Assembly: GCA_938038815.1 (NCBI GenBank)
Contig: CALHTF010000056.1
Location: 559 to 64,558, forward strand
Direction of reading: 5' to 3'
Source: an uncultured Acidimicrobiales bacterium
Lineage (GTDB): Bacteria > Actinomycetota > Acidimicrobiia > Acidimicrobiales > SHLQ01
DNA length: 64,000 nt
Position 1 is the first letter of the stretch. Every line of letters starts with the position of its first letter. The notes under the pieces were generated by a model. The model saw nothing but the letters and a program-made list of their open reading frames with translations. It had not been told where the DNA came from and made no database searches. A program made the position numbers and the translations under genes. Of the stretch, positions 47,396-57,228 are shown piece after piece.

Positions 47396-48970
47396 ATGGC
47401 GACAGTGTTAGTTACCGAGGAAATAGCGGCGGCGGGTCTCGATCGGTTGCGGGCCGAGGGCCACGAGGTGCGGGTCGAACTCGGCCTCAGTGCCGATGAG
47501 CTGCTCAAGGCAGTAGCCGATGTGCACGGTCTGGTGATCCGGTCGGCGACCACCGTTACCGCTGAAGTTCTCGACGCGGCGAAGCAGCTGCAGGTGGTGG
47601 GTCGAGCTGGTGTAGGGCTCGACAACGTCGATGTGGTGGCCGCCACCGAACGCGGCGTCATGGTGGTGAACGCCCCAACGTCGAACATCGTGTCGGCCGC
47701 CGAACAAACCATGGCGCTGCTCTTAGCCCAGGCTCGCAACATCCCCCAGGCACACGCCGCGCTGAGCGATGGCCGTTGGGAACGGTCGAAGTGGACTGGT
47801 GTGGAACTGCTCGACAAGACCCTGGCCATTATTGGTCTGGGCCGAATTGGCGCGCTGGTTGCCCAACGGGCGGCGGCGTTTGGCATGCGCATCGTGGGCT
47901 TCGACCCCTACATCAGCGAGGAGCGGGCAAGGTCGCTGCGGGTGGAACTGGTCGATCTCGATACCGCAATCGCCCAAGCCGACTTCTTGACCGTGCACGT
48001 GGCCCGCACGCCCGAAACCATCGGACTTATCAATGCCGACGTCTTTGCCAAAGCAAAGCCCAACCTGCGGGTGATCAACGTGGCTCGCGGCGGCATCATC
48101 GACGAGGCCGACCTGGCCCAAGCGGTGTCCGACGGTGTCATAGCGGGCGCCGCCATCGATGTTTTTGTCAACGAACCGTGCACCGAATCGCCGCTTTTCG
48201 ATGTCGACGGGATCGTCGTCACCCCGCATCTCGGAGCGAGCACCGCAGAAGCACAAGATCGGGCAGGCGAAACCATCGGCGAACAAGTCGCGTTGTCATT
48301 GTCGGGCGCCTTTGTGCCCAACGCGGTCAACGTGGAGGCGGCCGAGGTCAGCGCGGTCGGCAAACCGTACGTCCCGCTGGCCGAGACGGTCGGTCGGCTG
48401 TTCCAGGCCTTGGTCGACGCGCCACCCGAAAAGGTCGAGCTCGAGTTCCGAGGCGAGATCGGCGGCTACGACAACCGGTTGGCTGAACTCTCGTTTGCCA
48501 AGGGATTCCTCGGGCCGCTGAGCGACACATCGGTGTCGTTTGTAAACGCCTTCGACGTGGCCCGCGACGTCGGTGTGGAGATCCACACCAGCAACGTCAC
48601 CGCATCGAACGACTATGTAAACGTGCTTACGGTGCGAGGCGGCGGCCATGCCCTTGGCGCAACCCTGGTCGGGTTGAACAACACGCCCCACCTGGTCAAT
48701 GTCGACGACCATACCGTCGACGTGCCGCCCGCCGATCACATGATCGTGGTGCGCAACGAGGACACCCCGGGCATGGTGGGTCTGCTCGGAACGTTGCTCG
48801 GAGACGCCGGGGTCAACCTCAACGATCTGCACTTGGGGCACGCCGAAAGTGGTGAGGCCGCCATGATGGTGGCTTCGGTCGACGATGCGGTTCCCGACGA
48901 GGTGCTCAACGCCTTGCGAAACCACCCTGGCGTGCACAGCGTGCGGGTGCTTTCGATCGCCGACTCCTGA
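47396..48970 (+). CDS. serA: D-3-phosphoglycerate dehydrogenase
   Basis: 524 aa. Shows GLGRIGALVAQRA (NAD fold), HVARTPET, TPHLGAST, and long-form ASB plus ACT C-terminal domains. Confidence 0.95.
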   Translation: MATVLVTEEIAAAGLDRLRAEGHEVRVELGLSADELLKAVADVHGLVIRSATTVTAEVLDAAKQLQVVGRAGVGLDNVDVVAATERGVMVVNAPTSNIVSAAEQTMALLLAQARNIPQAHAALSDGRWERSKWTGVELLDKTLAIIGLGRIGALVAQRAAAFGMRIVGFDPYISEERARSLRVELVDLDTAIAQADFLTVHVARTPETIGLINADVFAKAKPNLRVINVARGGIIDEADLAQAVSDGVIAGAAIDVFVNEPCTESPLFDVDGIVVTPHLGASTAEAQDRAGETIGEQVALSLSGAFVPNAVNVEAAEVSAVGKPYVPLAETVGRLFQALVDAPPEKVELEFRGEIGGYDNRLAELSFAKGFLGPLSDTSVSFVNAFDVARDVGVEIHTSNVTASNDYVNVLTVRGGGHALGATLVGLNNTPHLVNVDDHTVDVPPADHMIVVRNEDTPGMVGLLGTLLGDAGVNLNDLHLGHAESGEAAMMVASVDDAVPDEVLNALRNHPGVHSVRVLSIADS

Positions 48971-49017
48971 TCGGCTAGAACATTCGGCGTACCGCCAGCC
49001 GAACCCCAGGAGCACCC

Positions 49018-49785
49018 GTGACCGCAGTTAGCTACGAATCGTCGGACCACATCGGGGTCATAACCATCGACCGGCCCGAGGCCCGAAACGCGGTCAACGG
49101 TGATGTGGCGAACGGGATCGAAGCGGCCATCGACGAATTTGAGGCCGACAACGACACCTGGGTCGCCATCCTCACCGGTACCGGATCGGTGTTTTGCGCC
49201 GGGGCCGATCTCAAAGCGGTTGCGTCGGGGGAGTCACGCACGATCGCTACCACGCGCGGCGGGTTCGCCGGATTTGTTTCGCGCGAGCGAAGCAAACCGG
49301 TCATTGCGGCGGTGAACGGCCACGCGTTGGCTGGCGGCTGCGAGCTCTTGTTGGCCTGCGACATGGCAATCGTGGCCGAGGGGTCCAAGATCGGGTTGCC
49401 CGAGGTGAAGCGGAGCTTGGTGGCGGCAGCCGGTGGTCTGTTCCGCCTGCCCCGAGCCGTTGGCCCGGCCATGGCGGCCGAGATGGTGCTGACCGGCGAC
49501 CCAATAACCGCCGAACAGGCGCTGGCCGCCGGGTTGATTAACCGGGTCGTGCCGGCCGACGACGTACTGGCTGAGGCTCGTGCCCTCGCCGAACGGATCG
49601 CCGTCAACGCCCCCTTGGCGGTTCAAGCGAGCCTCGACGTGATGGGCCAGTCGCTCGCGTCAAACGAAGAAGCGCTCTTCAAGGCGAGCGGCGTCAAGAT
49701 GTCCGAACTCGCCAAGACCGAAGACTTCGCCGAAGGCCCCAGGGCTTTCATCGAAAAGCGAGCCCCGATCTGGAAGGGTCGGTAG
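49018..49785 (+). CDS. Enoyl-CoA hydratase (crotonase family)
   Basis: 255 aa. Shows ITIDRPEARNAV, FCAGADLKA, GHALAGGCELLLACD, and FIEKRAPIW. Confidence 0.9.
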   Translation: MTAVSYESSDHIGVITIDRPEARNAVNGDVANGIEAAIDEFEADNDTWVAILTGTGSVFCAGADLKAVASGESRTIATTRGGFAGFVSRERSKPVIAAVNGHALAGGCELLLACDMAIVAEGSKIGLPEVKRSLVAAAGGLFRLPRAVGPAMAAEMVLTGDPITAEQALAAGLINRVVPADDVLAEARALAERIAVNAPLAVQASLDVMGQSLASNEEALFKASGVKMSELAKTEDFAEGPRAFIEKRAPIWKGR

Positions 49786-49882
49786 TCGGGCGCTGAAATA
49801 GCACTGAAGGTTGCGAAATCTGCTCAAGTGAGCATCGGTTGTGAACGATGTTTTTAGAACACGTTAGCAGAGGTGACTTGGT

Positions 49883-51859
49883 TTGGCTCCCGCCGCAGAC
49901 CCCGACAACCCAACACCCCCGCGGTTCGACCGCGAGTTCGTATTCGGCGACCACAACGACCGTCGCACCGACTTCTATGAGGAGTCCCGGGGAACGCGCC
50001 TGCACACCCAGCTGAGTGCGTTGGCCGCGATCGTCTTCGGTCTCGCCTATCTCCTGTGGCGTGCAACCTCCACCTTCAACCCTGATTCGACGCTTCTGAG
50101 TCTGGCCCTGTACTTCCTCGAGGTTTGGGGTTTCCTCGGCTTCTTGCTGTTTCTCCACAGCAGTTGGGACCTCCACCATGTGGCCCGAGCCCGCAAGGTG
50201 GTTGCAACCGACGCAAAGCTCGCGATTCTCATTCCGACCTACGACGAGTCGGCGGAGATCTTGCTTCCCACGGTCGCGGCGGCGGTCGCATTGAGCCCCG
50301 ATCACGAAACGTGGGTGCTCGACGACGGCTGCCGTGAGTGGGTTCGCGAGATGGCGGCGTCGCTCGGGGCGGTCTACCTCGCTCGCGAAAACAGCGCCCA
50401 CGCAAAGGCCGGCAACATCAACAACGCCTTGCAGTACTTGGATGCGGATCTCGTGGGAATTCTCGATGCTGACCATGTTCCGAGTCCCAACTTCTTGAGC
50501 AATACCCTCGGCTACTTCGCCACGATTGACGATCTTGCGTTGGTCCAGACACCTCAGGACTTCTACAACGCTGATTCCTTTGAACATGTCGATGACTATC
50601 TTGAGGAGCGGTTGTTCTACCGGGTGCTCCAGCCGGGAAAGAATCGTTGGAATTCGGCGTTTTGGTGCGGCACCAGCGCCGTCCTGCGCACCGATGCGTT
50701 GCGTTCGGTCGGCGGAGTAGCGACCGATTCGGTAAGTGAAGACCTCCTCACCACGCTCAGGCTGCATTCGCAGGGCTGGAGGACCGTATTTCACAATGAG
50801 CCCCTAGCCCATGGCCTCGCACCGGCGACGTTTCTCGAATACAAGACCCAGCGCGACCGTTGGGGTAGCGGATCGATGGAAGTACTGCGTTCGGAGAACC
50901 CGCTGACGAAGAAGGGGCTTAGCTTCGGTCAGCGAATCGGCTACTTCGCCTCTCTTACTGGTTGGTTCGAGGCGTGGCGACTGCTCGGGTTCTTGCTGCT
51001 ACCTATCGTGGTGCTGCTGTCAGGAACCTTTCCGCTGCGCGCTGACCCGGCGCGTGTCGTGGTGATGTTCGGGTTGAGCTTCGGCACCCAGATGTACGCA
51101 TTGCATCGCCTGGGGCGGGGCCGTTCTCACCCCCTCTGGACCATCGTGTTCGATCTGGTGCGTCTGGCGGTCAGCCTCACCGCCACGCTTCGACTGGTAG
51201 TGCCCGACAAGGGTGGCTTCAAGGTGACCCCGAAGGGTCGCACCGGTGAGGACCGTGAACGGGCCGAACCCCCGTCGCTACAGGTTGCGATCGGGGTCAT
51301 GTCAACCATTGCGCTCTTGTGGTTCGTCGCCAGCGTGTTCGGTGCGACGAACACCGTCTATACCTCATTGTGGGGTGCAGCCTTCGTTGCCGTGGTGTTG
51401 GTGGCGAATCTCTGTCTGATTGGCTTGGCGCTGGGTCGAATCTCGGCGAAGCAGTTCAGCTCCGAGCGCCGTGGTGGATGGCGAGTGGATGAGCCAGCAC
51501 CAGCGTTGCTCGACGGACGCCAATGCCAAATCACTTCGGTCGGGGTGAATGGTGGCCGGCTACGAATCGACTCGAGCCAACGAGTACTTAGTGGCGGCCC
51601 GCTTGAACTAACGGTTCGCATCGACGGCGGAACGAGCTTCCAGGTGACGCCGGTTCGAGCAGACTTCGGCGACGGTGCCAATGAGTTCGGCTTCAGGTTC
51701 GAAGAAGGACAATGGCTTGGACGCGCTGCGTTGGCGCGCATCCTCGTGCAGCGGCGGCTGGAACGAATCGAATCGACCCGGTCGCGGAACGAAACTGGTG
51801 CCGAGGAAGTCTCAAACGACCATCGGTCCGATCAGCGAACCGGACCAATGGCCGCCTAA
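49883..51859 (+). CDS. BcsA-like family-2 glycosyltransferase (processive beta-glycan synthase) with C-terminal PilZ-like domain
   Basis: 658 aa. Shows ILIPTYDE, LDDG, ILDADHVP, QTPQDF, SEDLLTT and QRDRW (QxxRW), flanked by TM helices. The C-terminus has ERRGGWRV (RxxxR) about 20 aa before ITSVGVNGGRLRI. TTG start 8 nt after gaggtg. Confidence 0.85.
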   Translation: MAPAADPDNPTPPRFDREFVFGDHNDRRTDFYEESRGTRLHTQLSALAAIVFGLAYLLWRATSTFNPDSTLLSLALYFLEVWGFLGFLLFLHSSWDLHHVARARKVVATDAKLAILIPTYDESAEILLPTVAAAVALSPDHETWVLDDGCREWVREMAASLGAVYLARENSAHAKAGNINNALQYLDADLVGILDADHVPSPNFLSNTLGYFATIDDLALVQTPQDFYNADSFEHVDDYLEERLFYRVLQPGKNRWNSAFWCGTSAVLRTDALRSVGGVATDSVSEDLLTTLRLHSQGWRTVFHNEPLAHGLAPATFLEYKTQRDRWGSGSMEVLRSENPLTKKGLSFGQRIGYFASLTGWFEAWRLLGFLLLPIVVLLSGTFPLRADPARVVVMFGLSFGTQMYALHRLGRGRSHPLWTIVFDLVRLAVSLTATLRLVVPDKGGFKVTPKGRTGEDRERAEPPSLQVAIGVMSTIALLWFVASVFGATNTVYTSLWGAAFVAVVLVANLCLIGLALGRISAKQFSSERRGGWRVDEPAPALLDGRQCQITSVGVNGGRLRIDSSQRVLSGGPLELTVRIDGGTSFQVTPVRADFGDGANEFGFRFEEGQWLGRAALARILVQRRLERIESTRSRNETGAEEVSNDHRSDQRTGPMAA

Positions 51860-51878
51860 GACGGCTGACACCATCGCA

Positions 51879-54200
51879 CTACGTCAGGTCGTTGCGGCTC
51901 TGCACCTCAAGACTTGTGAGGTCGTTGGCTTGAAGGACCTGGTTCGACAGGGTCCACAACGTTTCGCCGATGACCAGCGAGCGGTTGATGCTCGTGCCGT
52001 AGGAGTCCTGCCAGCACCACTCGATGCGGTCGGCGCCTTGCCAGTCGAAGTTCGGGCCGATGTTGAAGCCGTAGTTCTCGACCTCGTCGACCGGGATGGT
52101 GTCGCACTGGTAGCCGGTTGCGCCACCGGTCTGGCCGGGCTCACACAGCAGCACCAGCGATGACTCTTCTTGAAGGATGTAGAAGAACTCGCTTTCTTCG
52201 ACGTTGACGTCCTCGGGGATGTCGTCGATGGTGAGCTCGCGGCAGTCGGTAACCCCCGACTCGCCTTGTTCGTGGGTGATGCGGCCGACCTCGGTGATCG
52301 TGTTGTTCTCGATCTTGAGCGCCACGGCGCCGAAGAAGTTGCTTTCCCACTGCTGGATCGGCATCACGAGCAGGTTGTCTTCGGCCCACCACAGCACCGA
52401 GCGGTGGTCCCATTCGGCTTCGGTGTAGGAGTCGGCAAGGAACCAGGTGGCAACGTCGATCGGGTTCGCGAGATCCGAGGTATCGAACAGGGTCACCTTG
52501 GTGCCCTCGGTTCGGCCTTCCTGATCGGCTTCCTGGCCAATGCCGACGACGAGGGTGTCGCTGATCGGGTGCAGGTAGCCGGAGTAGCCGGTGATCTTGA
52601 GCTCGCCGAGGATGGTCGGGTTTGCCGGATCGGCGAGGTCGACCGTGTAGAGCGGGTCGGTCTGGCGGAAGGTCACGACGTAGGCGAGGTCGCCCACGTA
52701 CCGGACCGAGAAGATCCGCTCGCCTTTGCCCATACCGCCGACCGAACCAACCTGGGTGAGTTCGTTGCCGTCCTGGGTGAAGGTGGTGATGAAGCTTTCG
52801 CTCTGGTTCTGTTGGTCCCACGGGTTACCAGCGGTGGTTGCGACCCGGAACACACCGTCGTACTCCGACATCGAGAACTGGTTGAGCAGGTCGCCCTGAA
52901 CCGATCCCGATGCTTCGTAGGTGGCGGACGCACCCACGGGGGTAGCGAACTTGTGGATGCTGGTCGACCAGTCGTCGTAGCGGAAGTTGGGGTCTTCCCA
53001 GCTTCGGGGGTCGATCCACTGGTTGGTGGTTACGTACAGGGCTTCGGTCGAGGCGTAGACGGTTTGACCTTCGCTGAGTACCGACGTCGCGTTCGCTGTT
53101 CCGAGCGGTTGCGTGGTGTCGAGGCTGATGACCGACAAGGCGCCGAACCCGGCGAAGTTGTTGGGTCGGTGGATGTTCTGGCAGTCGGCGAGCAGTCCGG
53201 TGGTGACCTGGTCGCCGTCGACGAGTGAGTACGAGGGGAGCCAGTCGGCGAGTTCGGACTCGGCGATGACCTCTTTGTTGACTTCGGTGGCCTTGTCGGC
53301 CGCCTTCTCGGTGTTGCCCCCGGGCGATACGAACGGAAGGTTGTTGGTTTGGGTCGACACAACAAAGCGGAGGTCGGTACCTACCAAGCGGGCGCTGACC
53401 GACCAGCCTTCGATATGCATGCTGCGGATCGAAGAGGATCCACCCTGATCGAGGGTTACCTCGTTGATCACCGTGCTCTGGACCCAGAACCGGTCGTCGC
53501 CGCCGGCGAAGTCACTTTCAGCGTCGGCGCCGATCTCGGTGGGCAGCGCTCCGCCGCCCTCGCCGATCACGTAGACCTTCGACGAGTCGTTCGAGATGAA
53601 CATTTGGCTACCCCAACCTTCGCCGAGGTCGACCGAATGGGTTTGGGTGGCTTCGCTGCCCGACACATCGAACACGAACAGGCGGTTTTCTTTCACCACG
53701 AAGATCTGCGAACCGTTGGTCTTGACGATGTCGGGTTCATCGACTCCGAGCTCCTGCACATTGGTGGTGGAGAAGTCCCCATCGCCGCCGGCGGTTTCCG
53801 ATGCTGCCTCACCAGAAGAGTCGGCTGGCGGTGCGGCGGCCCCTTCGTCGGAGCTCGCGTCGAACGACTCTTCTTCCATCGCTTCGTCGTCACCGTCGAA
53901 CATGACCTCTTCACCGTAGTACCCGCCGCCGAGACCCCAGGGGCCAACCCGTTCGGCGGCTTCGGACTTGAGGTGGTCGAGGAGAGAATCGCACTCGGTG
54001 AAGGGGATGAGCGCCGAGGTGAGCAGCACCTGCTCGCCGTCGCCGCCGAGTTCCACCTCGGAGTCGCCGGGCTCGGTGGTTGAGGTAGACGAACCGGTGG
54101 CGTTGGGAGGCGTCGAGCTTGAGCACGCCGAGGCGAACATGGCCAGCAAGATCAGCGGTGCCCAGTAGCGGGCGAAGCGAAGTCGGAAGGGGTTGCTCAT
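51879..54200 (-). CDS. Secreted lipoprotein with C-terminal beta-propeller domain (Beta_propel / COG4880-like)
   Basis: 773 aa. Lipobox LAMFASAC, an acidic linker, and LLNQFSMSEYDGVFRVATT plus later blades typical of the Beta_propel family. Confidence 0.8.
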   Translation of the reverse strand: MSNPFRLRFARYWAPLILLAMFASACSSSTPPNATGSSTSTTEPGDSEVELGGDGEQVLLTSALIPFTECDSLLDHLKSEAAERVGPWGLGGGYYGEEVMFDGDDEAMEEESFDASSDEGAAAPPADSSGEAASETAGGDGDFSTTNVQELGVDEPDIVKTNGSQIFVVKENRLFVFDVSGSEATQTHSVDLGEGWGSQMFISNDSSKVYVIGEGGGALPTEIGADAESDFAGGDDRFWVQSTVINEVTLDQGGSSSIRSMHIEGWSVSARLVGTDLRFVVSTQTNNLPFVSPGGNTEKAADKATEVNKEVIAESELADWLPSYSLVDGDQVTTGLLADCQNIHRPNNFAGFGALSVISLDTTQPLGTANATSVLSEGQTVYASTEALYVTTNQWIDPRSWEDPNFRYDDWSTSIHKFATPVGASATYEASGSVQGDLLNQFSMSEYDGVFRVATTAGNPWDQQNQSESFITTFTQDGNELTQVGSVGGMGKGERIFSVRYVGDLAYVVTFRQTDPLYTVDLADPANPTILGELKITGYSGYLHPISDTLVVGIGQEADQEGRTEGTKVTLFDTSDLANPIDVATWFLADSYTEAEWDHRSVLWWAEDNLLVMPIQQWESNFFGAVALKIENNTITEVGRITHEQGESGVTDCRELTIDDIPEDVNVEESEFFYILQEESSLVLLCEPGQTGGATGYQCDTIPVDEVENYGFNIGPNFDWQGADRIEWCWQDSYGTSINRSLVIGETLWTLSNQVLQANDLTSLEVQSRNDLT

Positions 54201-54371
54201 GGGTTTCTCCGGGTAATTCGGGGAACGAACCGGTGCGCCGGTATGTCCAGTGTGGTGGGTCGATGTGAGGTTTGGACGTTGTTTCTCTATCGGTAGGTTC
54301 CCGAAGTTCCCGAATTTTCTCGCTTATACGGCATTTCGGCCCATTTCGATACAGGTCAAAAGGCCCTGTAC

Positions 54372-54755
54372 GTGCTGCGGGAGTTCCTGGTGTACTGGGC
54401 GCACCGCACCACCCACATGGTGCCGCTGCTTTGGCGCTTCCATGAGGTGCATCATTCCTCGCCCGACCTCGATTGGTTGGTGGTCACCGCCGAATACCAC
54501 CATTGGCACCACGTGCTGGCCCGGTCCGATCACGACAAGAACTACGGCGAGTTCACCGGGTTGTTCGATGTGTTGTTCGGTACCTATCTGCTACCGGCCG
54601 AGCGTCGGCCCGGCGGTTACGGCACATCGGGGAATCTGCCCGACGACTACGTGGGTCAGATGGTTGCGCCGTTTCGGTCTCGCAACGCCTCGGCGAGCGG
54701 ATCGGGAAGATCGGTCGTGTCGACCGGTGGCATGAATCCTGTGACCAGTTCGTGA
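54372..54755 (+). pseudogene. Sterol desaturase/fatty-acid hydroxylase family remnant (N-terminally truncated, internal deletion)
   Basis: Keeps the His boxes HRTTH, HEVHH and HHWHH and the family tail LFDVLFGTY. The boxes HEVHH and HHWHH are only about 18 aa apart (about 118 aa in the intact paralog 15696-16607). An in-frame stop at 54294 leaves no room for the N-terminal TM region. The 3' end overlaps a convergent ORF by 100 nt. Confidence 0.55.
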
Positions 54756-55036
54756 AACCCGAGGGTGAGCAAGGTGGCGATGATCGGCACGAGGATGACC
54801 TCCGGTGGTCGTCCGTAGTACACGCCGATGACTCCCCACGCGATGCACGAGGGTAAAAGGCTCCAGCCAACAACGTCGAGTAAGCGGGCCTTTTCGCTGC
54901 GCGCCTGGCGGCCCCACAAGATAAACAAGGGGCTCACGGCGATCGCCAAACAGATGGCGGCCATGACCTGAAGGTTTTCTACGGAGATGATCCGTTGAAT
55001 TTCGGCGTCGAACACCCACAAAGTATCGGCCCCCAA
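54656..55036 (-). CDS. Hypothetical small membrane protein downstream of leuD
   Basis: 126-aa ORF with 3 hydrophobic segments, same strand as and 36 nt after leuD. No motif. Overlaps the desaturase remnant. Confidence 0.45.
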   Translation of the reverse strand: MGADTLWVFDAEIQRIISVENLQVMAAICLAIAVSPLFILWGRQARSEKARLLDVVGWSLLPSCIAWGVIGVYYGRPPEVILVPIIATLLTLGFHELVTGFMPPVDTTDLPDPLAEALRDRNGATI

Positions 55037-55071
55037 ATGGGTGGGCCTAAGCGATTTTGCGAGAGCCGCAG

Positions 55072-55656
55072 TTATGCCATGTAGCTGGGGCGCGACGCTT
55101 CGAAGGTGTCGATTGCGTCGGCGTTTTGCAGGGTGAGTGCAATGTCGTCGAGTCCGCCCAACAGGCGGGTCCGGATCGACTCCGACAGATCGAAGCTGGC
55201 TTCGAGGTCGATAGCTGGTGCTTCAAGGGTTGCCCGCTCGACGTCGATTGTGATCTCAAGCGACGGGTCGGCTTGGACCGCCGCCATCAGCTTCTCAGCC
55301 ACCGAGGCGTCGACTTCGCACGGCACGAGGCCGTTCTTGGTGGCGTTGTTCTTAAAGATCGGACCGAAGCGCGAGGAGATTACCGCAGCAAAGCCGTACT
55401 GCTGGATAGCCCACACCGCGTGCTCGCGCGACGAGCCGGTACCAAAGTTTGGCCCGCCGAGCAGGATTGTTGCGCCGGCGTATGCCTCGTCGTTGAGGAC
55501 GAAGTCTTCCCCGTCGCGCCATTCGGAGAACAGGCCCTTTTCGAAGCCGGTCCGTTCGACTCGCTTGAGCCAATCCGACGGGATGATCTGGTCGGTGTCT
55601 ACATCGGACCGGTCGAGCGGGACGGCGGTTCCTTGGACGATTGCTACTGGTTCCAT
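55072..55656 (-). CDS. leuD: 3-isopropylmalate dehydratase small subunit
   Basis: 194 aa. Shows DTDQIIP, GPNFGTGSSREHAVWA. Confidence 0.95.
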   Translation of the reverse strand: MEPVAIVQGTAVPLDRSDVDTDQIIPSDWLKRVERTGFEKGLFSEWRDGEDFVLNDEAYAGATILLGGPNFGTGSSREHAVWAIQQYGFAAVISSRFGPIFKNNATKNGLVPCEVDASVAEKLMAAVQADPSLEITIDVERATLEAPAIDLEASFDLSESIRTRLLGGLDDIALTLQNADAIDTFEASRPSYMA

Positions 55657-55670
55657 GATGGCGGTCCGTT

Positions 55671-57110
55671 CTAGTCGAGGTCGGCCGGGGTGGCGAAGGT
55701 CCCGGCGATGGCGGTTGCGGCGGCTACGGCTGGCGACACGAGGTGGGTACGTCCGCCTCGGCCTTGGCGGCCTTCAAAGTTTCGGTTGCTGGTGCTGGCG
55801 CTCCGTTCGCCCACGACCAACTTGTCGGGGTTCATCGCCAAACACATCGAGCAGCCCGGTTCGCGCCAGTCGAAGCCCGCTTCTTTGAAGATTTCGTGCA
55901 GCCCTTCTTCTTCAGCCTGGGCTTTGACCAGGCCTGACCCGGGTACGACCAAGGTGCGCATGCCGTCTTTGACCTTGCGGCCCTTGGCCACCGCGGCGGC
56001 GGCACGGAGGTCTTCGATGCGGCTATTGGTGCACGAGCCGATGAACACCGTGTCGACCTTGACGTCGCGAAAGGGGGTCCCCGCGCTGAGGCCCATGTAG
56101 TCGAGCGCCCGCTCGGCAGCGTCGCGTGCGCCGGCGTCGGCAAAGTCGGCCGGGTTCGGGACCGACCCGGAAATGGCCTCGACCTGGCCAGGGTTGGTTC
56201 CCCAGGTCATGTACGGGACGATGGTCGAGCCGTCGATGACAACCTCTCGGTCAAACGTTGCGCCCTCGTCGGTGACCAACGTCGACCAGTCGGCTACCGC
56301 AGCGTCCCAGTCGGCGCCGGTTGGCGCATTGGGGCGGCCCTTTAAGTACTCGAACGTCGTGGCGTCGGGGGCGATCAGACCCGCCTTGGCGCCGAACTCG
56401 ATCGACATGTTGCAGACCGTCATCCGGCCTTCCATCGACAGCGCTTCGATAACCGGGCCACGGAACTCGGCGATGGCGCCAATGCCGCCGCCGGTGTCGA
56501 CCTGTTTGAGCACGGCGAGAACAACGTCTTTGGCGGTCGAGCCTTCGGGCAGTTCGCCGGTGATGGTGATCGCCATCGTCTCTTGGTGAGGCTGGGGGAG
56601 GGTTTGAGTGGCGAGCACGTGCTCGACCTCGCTGGTACCAATACCAAAGGCGAGGGCGCCAAACGCACCGTGGGTGCTGGTGTGGCTATCGCCGCACACC
56701 ACGGTCATGCCCGGCTGGGTCATACCGAGTTCGGGGCCAATGACATGCACGATGCCTTGGTTAATGTCGCCCATCGAGTACAGCTTCACGCCGAACTCAT
56801 CGCAGTTGGCCCGCAACGTGTCGACCTGCTTGGCGCTGATCGGGTCGGCAATCGGTTGGTCGATGTCGGTGGTGGGGACGTTGTGATCCTCGGTCGCCAC
56901 GGTCAGGTTGGGCTTGCGTACCGTGCGGTGCGACAGGCGTAGTCCATCGAACGCCTGGGGCGAGGTGACCTCGTGCACGAGGTGCAGATCGATGTACAGC
57001 AGGTCGGGTTCGCCGTCGGACGATTGCACGACGTGGCGATCCCACACCTTCTCGCTCAGGGTCTTCGCCCCATTCTCGCTAAGGGTTTTCGCCCCATCGT
57101 TGGTAGCCAT
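55671..57110 (-). CDS. leuC: 3-isopropylmalate dehydratase large subunit
   Basis: Start at MATNDG (ATG 57110). Shows [44 protein letters not shown] and NRNFEGRQG. The longer ORF (to 57416) lacks homology-like sequence. Confidence 0.95.
   Translation of the reverse strand: MATNDGAKTLSENGAKTLSEKVWDRHVVQSSDGEPDLLYIDLHLVHEVTSPQAFDGLRLSHRTVRKPNLTVATEDHNVPTTDIDQPIADPISAKQVDTLRANCDEFGVKLYSMGDINQGIVHVIGPELGMTQPGMTVVCGDSHTSTHGAFGALAFGIGTSEVEHVLATQTLPQPHQETMAITITGELPEGSTAKDVVLAVLKQVDTGGGIGAIAEFRGPVIEALSMEGRMTVCNMSIEFGAKAGLIAPDATTFEYLKGRPNAPTGADWDAAVADWSTLVTDEGATFDREVVIDGSTIVPYMTWGTNPGQVEAISGSVPNPADFADAGARDAAERALDYMGLSAGTPFRDVKVDTVFIGSCTNSRIEDLRAAAAVAKGRKVKDGMRTLVVPGSGLVKAQAEEEGLHEIFKEAGFDWREPGCSMCLAMNPDKLVVGERSASTSNRNFEGRQGRGGRTHLVSPAVAAATAIAGTFATPADLD
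57051..57098 (-). repeat. 24-bp in-frame tandem duplication in the leuC 5' end
   Basis: ctcgctcagggtcttcgccccatt (57051-57074) and ctcgctaagggttttcgccccatc (57075-57098), with 3 mismatches. Encodes [16 protein letters not shown]. Confidence 0.9.
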
Positions 57111-57228
57111 TGGTGAACGTGGTCTCCTGAACTTTGCTGACCGGTCTCGAACCATCAAACAATAATCCCGACTCGCCAATCCAAAGCAGCGGGCGGCCAT
57201 CGAGCGTGACCACCAGAATTGCCCACAT

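Noticed and set aside
54250-54735. 161-aa ORF in an alternative frame over the desaturase remnant.
   Set aside because: The translation is Cys/Trp/Arg/Thr-rich nonsense, whereas the frame starting at 54372 carries three family His boxes.
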